Part shown: positions 24,725 to 35,497 of the stretch, piece after piece
Layout: each line of letters starts with the position of its first letter
How positions within the stretch are numbered: position 1 is the stretch's first letter
From: Chara braunii
Taxonomy: Eukaryota > Plantae > Charophyceae
Length of the DNA stretch: 62,776 nt
Direction: 5' to 3'
NCBI GenBank assembly: GCA_003427395.1
Contig: BFEA01000039.1
Coordinates: forward strand, 1,631,608-1,694,383
Program-made: the position numbers and the translations under genes
Notes under the pieces: model-generated
The model's input: the letters and a program-made list of their open reading frames with translations, nothing else
The model's database searches: none
Told to the model about the DNA's origin: nothing

Positions 24725-25340
24725 TCTAACTCCTCTAAATCAAGAAAATTTCGGCAGCGCTTCCCGTAGGAAAAGTGTCTTTCCGTAATTTATATCACCC
24801 CAAATATGAAAGCAGAAATAAACTCCAACTCTGGAAAATCAAATTCTGTCTAACTCCCTCAAATTAGTAGGAATTTGGACAGCACTCCCTCTAGAAAAGG
24901 AGACTTCCCAAATTTATACTAAGTCAGATATAAATTCAAAAGACAACTCGAGTTCAATTTAGACAAGATTTAACTAACTTCTTAGTTTTGCAGAAATTTC
25001 GGCAGCACTCCCTTTAGAAAAGTGTTATTCCAAAATTTATACAAGACTAAGTTCAGAATTCGAAAGTAACTTTGACTTCTCAATGTCCAATTTTAGTCTA
25101 ACTCCCTAAATTAGCAAAAATTTGGGCACCACTCCTTTTAGAAAAGGAGGCTTTCCAGATTTTTACTAAGTCAGATATAAGGAAAGACAAAGTTGAACTT
25201 TTGACAAGTTAAATTTCAACTAACTCCTTGGATTTGTAGAAATTTCGGCAGCGTTTCCCGTAGAGAAAGTAGTTTGTCAAAATTTATACAAAGCCAAGTA
25301 TAAGAAAAGATCCCATAAAATGCAAGAATTGACCTACGTA
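24725..25340. repeat. ~124-bp tandem repeat, 5 units with alternating variants, inside LTR A (also at about 43993-44608)
   Basis: Units containing CTAACTYC..AATTTYGG..TAG..AAAG begin at 24725, 24849, 24973, 25097 and 25219. Confidence 0.85.
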
Positions 25341-25554
25341 AAAAAACTTAGCTAAAAAAATGCAGGAATTGAAACTAACTCCTATCGCTCTAGCACGCGG
25401 CGAACGACTAAAGAAACTACCTATCAACCTGAAACTCAGACCAAGTAGTAGCCTCACTCTGTCACATGCAGGCCAAACCACAGAGCTAAGTGCTCTCGCC
25501 ATCCCAAGGTATACCTGAACAAACAATAGTTCATTATCCCTCAATGGTTAAACC

Positions 25555-26545
25555 CTTTATACCCAGCTTACATAAGGTATAGGTCAGGCCACCTGAACTT
25601 ACAGAGCGCGCCCAACTTAACCAGGCCTAAAGTCAGAATACCTAAACTTATAAAGCGTTCTGACTCAGCCAAGTATACACAAACAGAGCGCACAACTACT
25701 TTTCTCTTCCTTTGGGCATACGACTAAGCCATTCATCTCAGAAACGATGCTTAGGCGCCCTGAACTGTTTAATATCCAAGTTTTATATACTTCTCTGAAC
25801 TTAGTCTTCAAGGTGGGCGTAGGAGTGAGCCATTCATCTTAGAAACAATGCTCAGCCAGCCCAAGTTACCTTCAATTATATTCTTAATTGTACTCTTTTC
25901 AATTCACGATAAGCTATAGTCAGACCATCCAATCTCATGGAACCCGTGCCTGACTGGCCTGTTCGTAGATAGGATAATAATAACATATAGCCAAATTATA
26001 ATCCTTGGGTTCCAGCATATGCGAGGCTTCGAGCCAAACCCCGTGAACTTACAGAAGGGTCTGCCTCTCCACCTTATTTTTTTCTTTCTGAGCCTTCCTG
26101 TGCGTGGCAATGGGTCAAGCCCTCTGAACTTACAGAAGGGCATGCCCCTCTGTCAGGTTCATTCCCTTAAACCAAATACAAGAAGAGACTGAGCCGCCTA
26201 AACTTATAGAGCAGCTCAGTCCCCTCATTCAGAAACCAAAGAAACTGAGAAAACCCAAAAGAAACCAAGGCAGCTCAAAGCACCAAAACTTATTGAATGC
26301 TCTGTGCCCCTGAAAATCAAACACAATCAAACCCTCGCAAGTCAGAGCAGTCAGGTCACCTAAACTTATAGAGCGTCCTGACCTTCCATGCAATTCACAA
26401 CACCGGGTCTCCCCAAACTTATGGGGACGTCCCAACCTCCAAAGTATTCAGGCTACCTAAACTTATAGAGCGGCCTGGTCGCTTCATGCATTACCAAAAT
26501 AAACAAAGCGTTGGGCTTCCCCAAACTTATGGGGACCTCCCAGCC
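25555..26545 (-). other. Array of about 13 hexaloop stem-loops (plus-strand loop AACTTA/ATCTYA) inside LTR A; second copy at about 44823-45813
   Basis: AACTTA loops at 25596, 25645, 26046, 26127, 26201, 26287, 26363, 26416, 26460 and 26524, plus three ATCTYA variants. The stems differ in sequence but stay complementary. Confidence 0.8.
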
Positions 26546-29500
26546 TTAACGCCCCAATCAACCTGCACACAATACTGCCCTCCTTCCAATCTTCCCCCAG
26601 ATGCCATTCCCTTCTCTGATACAAGTCTGCTTTCACGTAATCAACAAAACTGAAACTGAGCTTGCACACACGTTCTTTTATTTCAGCCTGACTTGTCCTG
26701 AAAGTCAACCCAAAGTCAAATACAGGATCCGCACCATACACTCAGTTAAACATAGAAGGATGTACAGATAGGGGTAATAGGTGGGTTTATAGAAGGAGTC
26801 AGGGAGTTACCACTTTGTTCCCTACCTCCAGGACTCCACCTGAGTCTCGGCACAGCTCCCCCAATCGGTGGGGCGAACCTCCCACAAAGGCCTTGGCGCG
26901 GATTACGGGTTGCAATCCCGCCTGTCGCCTTCCTCTCAGAACCAATAGACTAGACTTAGAGTAAGGAGGGTAGAAGAAAAAAGTTTAAGTTTCTCAGATC
27001 CAAGGAGGGTGCTCTCAGACTCGCAGGAGAGGGCCTTGTTGCCTTGACGCGCCTGAGGGCCCCGCAACGGCGACCAAAACATGCATCAACTGGTCAATCC
27101 TTTGCCAAACGCAGAACAGCAGCACCCTGACGAAATTCCAAATCGCTGTAATAACTCCTTTACACAGCCCAATGACTCTTCCAAGCTGCCGTATCGCTCT
27201 CTCAACCTGGGTTGGTGCTACCCAGCCTAGAAAGACCGCCCCCAAACAGGGCGCACGCCCGTATCTTTCTCGAGGTGTTGTCAAAGCAAACTCAGCCGGG
27301 AACCGCGCTTACAACCAATTGCAAGCGAGGGCAGCGCAGAAAGTGTGGCAAAGCGTAGCAAGGCCAACCATGCACACCTACCCCAACGTACGCAACTATC
27401 GCACGCAGGAGTATCTGGCCAATGCAGCAGTCATGCGTGATGATACGCAGCCAAACCCTGCGTACATAGCCAGCGCCGGGTGCACATCTCAAGATGCACA
27501 GCTACAGCAGGAAACGCTACTTTGGGCACACAGCAGTACCGCTGGCTTCGGCAGTAGCAAGCGGACTCCAATATGACCCCTTCATACGAATGCACAACCG
27601 TAGTGCCGCTGATTCCAGCAACGACACAGCCACCGTGACCACAGTTCGCCCCTGCTGAGGACAGTCAACAACATCACCCAGGTACTTATCTCCTCCACAC
27701 CTTACTGCTGTTGCTGGCTTCGAGAAGGTAAGTGCCCACTTCTTGTATATGACGCACCTGGCCCTCAGCTTGGCCCGGTAAGGACGACCCAAAGCTTGCT
27801 GCAGTCGGCCACTACTACCATGAACCTCGCTCTTCACTCCCGTACTATAAGCTCTGTAGCAGGCCTGCCTCTTCACGAGCAATGATGTGCTCTGAGCAGG
27901 TAAGTATATTCCCCCTCTTGGACTTCTTCCCGTATCCCCCCATATCCCCTTCGTCCTACTTCCGTTCTTCCCGGGCTCGATGCACCCAGTCACTATCGTA
28001 GCCGAGCGCACACAAACTGAAACAGGCGGATCCTATGCCCTCCACCCTTCCTAGATCCGCGCCCAGATGAAGATTTGTTTTTACTATCTTCCTGTGGCTG
28101 CACCTCTCATCCCCGCTAACTGTAGTGCAGCTCCCGATACCTCCAGCAACGCTGGGTCTGGCGGCGACCAGTCTCTCCCGTTCTCTTTACCCCCTCCTCT
28201 ATGTGAATGCACCTGGCGCGAGATCACTTTCAGGTTCATTCATTCCAACTCCTCATCTTTTTCCACGCACCTCCTTCTCTCATTAACTCTTATCTTATTA
28301 ATCTAAAACTAAGACTAGCAGTATGAACAGATTCGCCCTACCCAGTAACATTCTGAATGACCCCTCACTCGCCCGTTTCCATCGAGAGGCGGGCGCGAAA
28401 TGAACTCTTCTTCCCTCGGCCATCCTAGCCTCCGCCATCCCCCGGCGCACTGACTTTCCTGCCTAACTTCTATTCTACCAACTTTCCCCTAAAACTAACC
28501 ACGTGATCACGTTCGCAGTGACCGAAAACCCCCGTTTCGGTCCTTCCCCCGCCCGTTTTCACTTAGAAACGAGCGGTAACGGCCTCCTTCACTCTCGTTC
28601 CTACTCCCTCTGCCACCTTTACGCAAGGCTTTTTCCCAATAACTCCTTCTCCAATACTCTAATGCTAAAACTAACGTTACTAACGCATTCGCCCCACTCA
28701 AAAACCCTTAGCTAGCATCTACCGCCGCCCGATTACACAAAAGGGACAGGCAACTACACTAATTTCCGGCCCGCCATAGCCAGCCCCTGCCATTTCACTT
28801 GCTGCACGTACCTGGCGCAGAATTGCGCCAGGTTCATTCCCTCATTTCCCCCCTCGTGCTCATAACCCGACTCTCTCTGTACGCGCCCGGCGTCTCCCTT
28901 TCTCTTGCCCGGTCACGCCCAACACTACTCTGCCAACCCCGCTTCGTCCTTCACTCCCAGCGCAGGATGAACCTGGCGCAGCCTGCGTCCAGGTTCCAGA
29001 CCATCTTCACCCTTGCCCGCCTGCTGCCTGTGGCTCCACCCTGCTGCCCGCCTGCTGCCGGTTCGTAGGCCGTTGGTGACGTCCCAAACAACGTAGCCCG
29101 ACGGGCTACAGAATGTTGAGTAACAACATTCGGTCGTCGGGCCTGCCTCCTCTTATACGGGCCGCTCTCGCGCAGGGACCGTGCTAATCTGCTCTGTATC
29201 GTTCCAATTTTAACGAATGTCCCGAAGAACTTGACCGGGGCGATGCCCCGCGACACCACCAAAGGCCACCCGGCCTCTCCCCGTACTTCCCCGCACGCGC
29301 CTACCCTGGTTCCCACCTGGATTCAGTCCCGGACCCCTTTGCATCCATCATCCTCACGTGGGGCCCATACAGATCCTCCCTGTATCGAACCAAATCCTAA
29401 GTGGCTCCAACAAAATTCTTTGCGGAGCTACCCCACACCAGTCTGCTATTTTCGCATGGACATGGCCCCCTTCCGGGGCTGGGCTCAGGGACGTGCCCCA

Positions 29501-30175
29501 ATATGCATTGCAGCCCATGTCAGCAGCAAGTGCCCGAGCCCGCCCCCGCTTCGTGATTTATGCGGGCCACCCTCACAGAGGGGTCACACTAATCCCCAGC
29601 TCGACCACACGACGGCCCGGGGGCACTAAACTCCAATTAACTAGCTCACCGGTGTCGCGCCCCCACTGCTTCAAGGGTCTGGTTGGATGTTCTTCCCAGG
29701 ACCGAGCTCAGTGGGTTGGAGGACTGGCAGGCTATCACGCAGGATTTTGATAGGTATAAAAATAGAGGTGTATTCAGAAGCAGTCACACTTTATCATACA
29801 GCCGAGTAGACAGGGTTATCCCTCCTGCCAGCGGCGACACGGCTGAGAGTGAGGCGTTCGGGTTTATATGCCTGCACCTGACCCCGTATAAAGGATAGAG
29901 CCAAGGTCACCGGAGTCCCTATCATTCAGGAGTCCTTCAAGCTGCCTTGAGTGTAACCTGTGTAAAATAAGGAGGAAAATAACATACATGCATCATAGAG
30001 CAATTGACACTGACAAACTAAGAAGACCAGAAAACCAGACTCTGCAAGAGTATGACCAGAGATACGAGATTGAAGAGTAGTACACTGAGTATGCAGGGAG
30101 CAGCCATTGGAGGGCGGCAGTCACTAATAAATAATAATGCCGTAATACATCAATAGTGACTGAAAAGAGAGAACC

Positions 30176-31288
30176 TCAATCAATGATAATAAGCGGTACC
30201 CCCTCGTGAGTGAGTGTTGTCGTCTGGAACTCCCTGTCTGGCACCTCGTCATTGAGAACTCGCGTGGCTATCGACTCTGGAACCACGTAGCTGATGTCGA
30301 GAGGCGCTGCTGGATCAATCTTGCAGATATAGGTCATGCATCTAGCCATCTCCTCGTCTGCGACGCTCCTGAGATAAAGCTCCTCCGCAAGAATGATATC
30401 GCCTGTAGCTCCAATCAATATCTCAATCCGTCCTCTCCCACCAGAGTAGATGTAGGATACCTCAAGGAAACGATCTCCGTAAAGAGGCTTTCGATAAGCC
30501 TACATAGCAAAGTCTGTCCCGACCAAATGACTATAGCCATCTCCGAGGTATGGGACCGGACCCTCCCCTTTCGGGGGACCAATAACTGTCTCAGACCTAG
30601 GGTCGTCTGACATGTAGGAGTCAATCACCCTCAAGAAGATACAGTGCAAGAAGATGTGTGATCCTCCTCAATGTCGCCCTCCGACGTCTCCGCTCACTGG
30701 TCTCCAGCACTCCTGTCGCTGTCCACAAACTCAACCCTTGTGAGTGTCCCAGTTGAAATAATCGCCAAGATCAAGGTCACTCACAGAGCAGGGCTCCAAA
30801 TTCGGCTCATCTGTCTCTGATTTCGGGACACATGTAGTGATTGGGACTCCAGACCTGGTTATCTCTCTCTGGATCCGGTCGTCCTTCTGCCTCTTCTCCT
30901 TGCTGCGGGGCTCACTAAGGGGCTTGGGGTTGCATCCGTCAAAATCGAAGAGCACACCCCCAGGAGCTGAAGGTACGGGACGAAACACCACGTGCAACCA
31001 GTTGTCCCTCCAATAGCTCTCCTTGCGAAATATGTAATCCGCAATCCTGTCGTATGTGGTGCCCTTCACTCCCGTCTCTGCCCCCTTCACCAAGTAGGTG
31101 ATCACGAGCGTGTGTCTCAAAGTCGAGGACTCTTTAGCCCTGATAGTGAAACTCTGATGTCCCACATGTCTATAGCAGAACCTCTCAATCAATCTACCCC
31201 ACTTAGGGGTAGTCTCACGACGTCGGGCCAGCTTGGATAGAAGGTGCACTAATGCGAATACTCCCTCCAAGACTTGGCCAGATAGCAA
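30176..31288 (-). pseudogene. Degenerate ~370-codon ORF of unknown function in element C
   Basis: ORFs 30731-31288 and 30176-30418 share one frame. The linker reads through with only three stops (TGA, TGA, TAG) and no frameshift. Confidence 0.6.
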
Positions 31289-31305
31289 TCAACAACTCAA
31301 TATGG

Positions 31306-31605
31306 ACGCCTGTCTGAATGGCCTGACCGAACTGCAACTCGAAATAGGGCCCGCCTGAATGGGCCCGGCTGAACAGCAACTCAATATAAAGCCCGCCTGA
31401 ATGGGTCTGGCTGAACAGCAGCTATCTCAGAAGAAGGGGCCCGCCTGAAGGGGCCTGGCTGAAAACTGTAACCATCTCAAGTAGGCCCGCCTGAAGGGGC
31501 CCGGCCGAACAGCAACGATCTCAAGTAGGCCCGCCTGAAGGGCCCGGCTGAACAGCAACTGATCTCAAGTAGGCCCGCCTGAAGGGCCCGACTGAACAAC
31601 AACTG
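31306..31605. repeat. ~44-bp minisatellite, about 7 copies (GGCCCGCCTGAAGGGCCCGGCTGAACAGCAAC)
   Basis: Tandem copies visible. Confidence 0.9.
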
Positions 31606-31794
31606 ATCAGTGAAACATCTCATGCACAGGGACCAGTCGTAAATGTTGAGTGTACTGGGGCTAGACTGAGCCAGATCATCTGTGTCGGGGCTGAACTGCC
31701 AATGCTCCTAGTATGCATGAGGCGTTGCTGATCAGCAAGGGTATAAATCAACGGGTACGTGAAGGCAAATCATCCTATCTAGCAACCCTATGCT

Positions 31795-32495
31795 CGGGGG
31801 CACATGGGCTCGCACTCAAACAACAATAACCAGCCTGGGCGCACACATCCAACGCAAGTGCACATGGGCGCATACTCAAATAGTTGTATCCAGCCTAGGT
31901 GCACATGGGCGCAGGCTCTAACAACAATGTCGAGCTTGGGAGCGCATGGGCGCTCACTCTAACTGCTATGCCGAGCTAGGGCGCGCATAGGCGCGCACTC
32001 TAACTGCAATATCAAGCTTGGGCGCGCATGGGTGCGCACTCTCAAGCTTGGGCGCGCATGGGCGCGCACTCTAACAACAATATCAANNNNNNNNNNNNNN
32101 NNNNNNNNNNNNNNNNNNNNNNNNNNNNNNNNNNNNNNNNNNNNNNNNNNNNNNNNNNNNNNNNNNNNNNNNNNNNNNNNNNNNNNNNNNNNNNNNNNNN
32201 NNNNNNNNNNNNNNNNNNNNNNNNNNNNNNNNNNNNNNNNNNNNNNNNNNNNNNNNNNNNNNNNNNNNNNNNNNNNNNNNNNNNNNNNNNNNNNNNNNNN
32301 NNNNNNNNNNNNNNNNNNNNNNNNNNNNNNNNNNNNNNNNNNNNNNNNNNNNNNNNNNNNNNNNNNNNNNNNNNNNNNNNNNNNCACGCGGGTGCGCACT
32401 GAAAATAATTATCTGATCTGGGCGCGTGCGAGCGCGCACTTTAAAATAATATCTGGCCTGGGCGCGTGCGGGCGCGCACTTTAAAATAATATCAA
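31795..32495. repeat. ~41-bp minisatellite (GGGCGCGCATGGGCGCGCACTCTAACAACAATATCAAGCTT), spans gap 32087-32384
   Basis: Tandem copies on both sides of the gap. Confidence 0.9.
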
Positions 32496-32649
32496 GATTC
32501 AATCTTTGCTTGGGGCCAATATACTACTGATTGTAACAGGATGGAGTGATTACTGCGCGCAAGACTTGGCCTTCTCTTAGGGCCTGACCACTATTGTCAT
32601 TTAATGCAGACTAAGTACTCAGTTGAAACGGACACTGGTACCCCTGGTT

Positions 32650-33262
32650 CGGAACAGCGCACAGTTTCGAACAACAGAAAATGACCCTCAGTCATGGTGC
32701 GCAACAGCGCACAGTTCCGCACACAGATGCAAATAGCAAAATGGTTCTCAACAGCGGTGTGCAACAGCGCACGGATGCAAATAGCATAATGCCCACAAAT
32801 GGTCCTGACAAAATAGCTCAATGCTCAGTAATGGCCCTGACAAATAGCACAATGTTCTGAAATGGCCATTGTGAATAGCACTGTTCAGAAATGACTCTTG
32901 CGGAATGGCACTGTTCGGAAATAGCACTTGCAAATAGCACTGTTCAGAAATGGCTCTTGCGGAATGGTACTGTTCAGAAATAGCACTTGCAAATAGCACT
33001 GTTCAACACTGTTCAGAAATGGCTCTTGTGAATAGCACTGTTCAGAAATGGCTCTTGCCAAAAAAAATGGCANAAATAGCACTTGCAAATAGCACTGTTC
33101 AACACTGTTCAGAAATGGCTCTTGTGAATAGCACTGTTCAGAAATGGCTCTTGCCAAAAAAAATGGCACTGTTCAGAAAATAGCTCTTGCGGAATGGCAC
33201 TGTTCATAAATAGCACTTGCAAATAGCACTGTTCAACACTGTTCAGAAATGGCTCTTGTGAA
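32650..33262. repeat. Minisatellite built from AAATAGCACTGTTCAGAAATGGCTCTTG subunits; runs into gap 33263-33642
   Basis: Tandem copies visible. Confidence 0.9.
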
Positions 33263-33642
33263 NNNNNNNNNNNNNNNNNNNNNNNNNNNNNNNNNNNNNN
33301 NNNNNNNNNNNNNNNNNNNNNNNNNNNNNNNNNNNNNNNNNNNNNNNNNNNNNNNNNNNNNNNNNNNNNNNNNNNNNNNNNNNNNNNNNNNNNNNNNNNN
33401 NNNNNNNNNNNNNNNNNNNNNNNNNNNNNNNNNNNNNNNNNNNNNNNNNNNNNNNNNNNNNNNNNNNNNNNNNNNNNNNNNNNNNNNNNNNNNNNNNNNN
33501 NNNNNNNNNNNNNNNNNNNNNNNNNNNNNNNNNNNNNNNNNNNNNNNNNNNNNNNNNNNNNNNNNNNNNNNNNNNNNNNNNNNNNNNNNNNNNNNNNNNN
33601 NNNNNNNNNNNNNNNNNNNNNNNNNNNNNNNNNNNNNNNNNN

Positions 33643-33980
33643 CGAATAGCCCTCAGATACGGCGCTCAACTGCGCACAGTGGTGAATAGCCCTCAGATAC
33701 AGCGCTCAACAGCGCACAGTGGCGAATAGCACATATGACTCTCAGATACGACGCTCAACTGCGCACAGTGGCGAATAGCACTAATAGCCCTCAGATACGA
33801 CGCTCAACTCCGCACAATGGCGAATAGCACATATGGCCCTCAGATACAGCGCTCAACTGCGCACAGTGGCGAATAGCACATATGGCCCTCAGATACGGCG
33901 CTCAACTGCGCAAAGTGGCGAATAGCACATATGGCCCTCAGATACGGCGCTCAACTGCGCATAGTGGCGAATGGCCCTCA
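33643..33980. repeat. 49-bp minisatellite (GCCCTCAGATACGGCGCTCAACTGCGCACAGTGGCGAATAGCACATATG)
   Basis: About 7 tandem copies. Confidence 0.9.
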
Positions 33981-34039
33981 ATATGACTGTGTAATCAGCC
34001 TGGTGTGACTGCGCAAAATTTGAATCGGTACGGTTGCAC

Positions 34040-34328
34040 AGGTGGTCTCAGAATCGGTTTGGTACTCGATGCGACTGCGCTAGCAGTCTCCAAATCAACT
34101 TGGTACTTGATATGACTGCGCTAGCAGTCTCAAAATTCGGCTTGGTACTCGGTATAACTGCGCTAGCAGTCTCAAAATCGGCTTGATACTCGGCATGACT
34201 GCGCTAGCAGTCTCAAAATCGACTTGGTAGTCGGTATGACTGCGCTAGCAGTCTCAAAATCAACTTGGTACTCGGTATGACTGCGCTAGCAGTCTCAAAA
34301 TCGGCTTGCTACTCGGTACGACTGCGCT
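34040..34328. repeat. 41-bp minisatellite with an internal hairpin GACTGC-GCTA-GCAGTC
   Basis: About 7 tandem copies. Confidence 0.9.
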
Positions 34329-35299
34329 GTGAATGCGCAAAGAACCTCAGAACACTTATCAGAATGTGCAATGTCATAGTCGAAATTCCCTGAGAATATA
34401 CAGGGCTTTACTTATAAAAAAAATCGTAATTTGCAGTTTTGGGCGAGCAGTGTCACAATCTGAAAGCATACAGTTGCAGTCCCTCAAGACCTACTTATGA
34501 TTTGCGCAATGTCGCACATAGATGCACACAGTCGCAGGGAGCCTGGATGCTCACGTAAGTCAGCATGCTTCAGTTACGGTCAATGCTCTTTTTCTGGCGC
34601 CTGCTGGCATAATCATCTAAACACTTGGCTTGAATACTTCAGTAATACTAATTTGAGTACCTTCTTGGCACAATAAATCGACACACTCAGCTTGAGTGCC
34701 TCTCGATGCACCCAATCAGCCAAACGTGAACATATGGTATGGACGATCTCCAGACTCGGCACATCTGAGGGCACGACATTAATAACCCTTGAGTACAGTG
34801 ATCACACATTGTCTTCAGCCTTTAAGTATGGTGCATAATGTGAATGCAGAGTAATTTTATCGGCGCTCAACAGATGACTGATTGACCAAAGGAAAGGCGG
34901 GGGAAGAAAGAGGGGGTATGAGCAAAAAAACGGAGTGATGAAGGTAGGAGAGAAGGTAGAGAGGAGAGCGGATGGACCTAGTGAGGGCCAGGCCGCTCCA
35001 CTTTCCCCTTTCAACCCCTTCCTTTACCTCCTTGCCTGCCTCAATCTCGCTCCCCCGGCCACTCCAGTGCAAGCATCTTCAGTCCCTCCTTCTTGCCGTC
35101 CCGCCAGCGTCTCAGCATTCTTGCCAAAGAGCTCCTTTTGGTCTGTATCAGCTCCTATCTGAGCCACGTGTGTCACGCATGCTGATCTGTCCCGTTGGGT
35201 GACGTGGCCTCTCTTTTATAATGGAGAGGCTAAGGGATCGTGGCTGAGTGCTGCAGTCCTATGGTCGGGGCTGTGGTCAAACTCTAGACCAGGCCTGTG

Positions 35300-35497
35300 A
35301 TAAAAATAGCAGCAGTCCCGACCTCGGTATATGAACAGTCAGTCCTATTTTTAGAACGGGACTGGCGTAGGCCCAGTCCCGGGTAGATGAACAGTCAATC
35401 CCACGCTAAAAATAGCGTGGGGTTGTGTTATTTTTAGAACGGGACTGGTGCAGGCCCGACTTTGGGAAACGAACAGTCAGTCTCTTGCTAAAAATAG
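35300..35497. promoter_or_regulatory. Cluster of MEF2/N10-type CArG boxes in element C
   Basis: CTATTTTTAG at 35345, CTAAAAATAG at 35406 and 35488, TTATTTTTAG at 35428, near-match ATAAAAATAG at 35300. Confidence 0.45.

Noticed and set aside
25555-26545. CRISPR-like repeat-spacer array
   Set aside because: Repeats conserve structure rather than sequence, spacing is irregular, there are no cas genes, and the context is a eukaryotic LTR.
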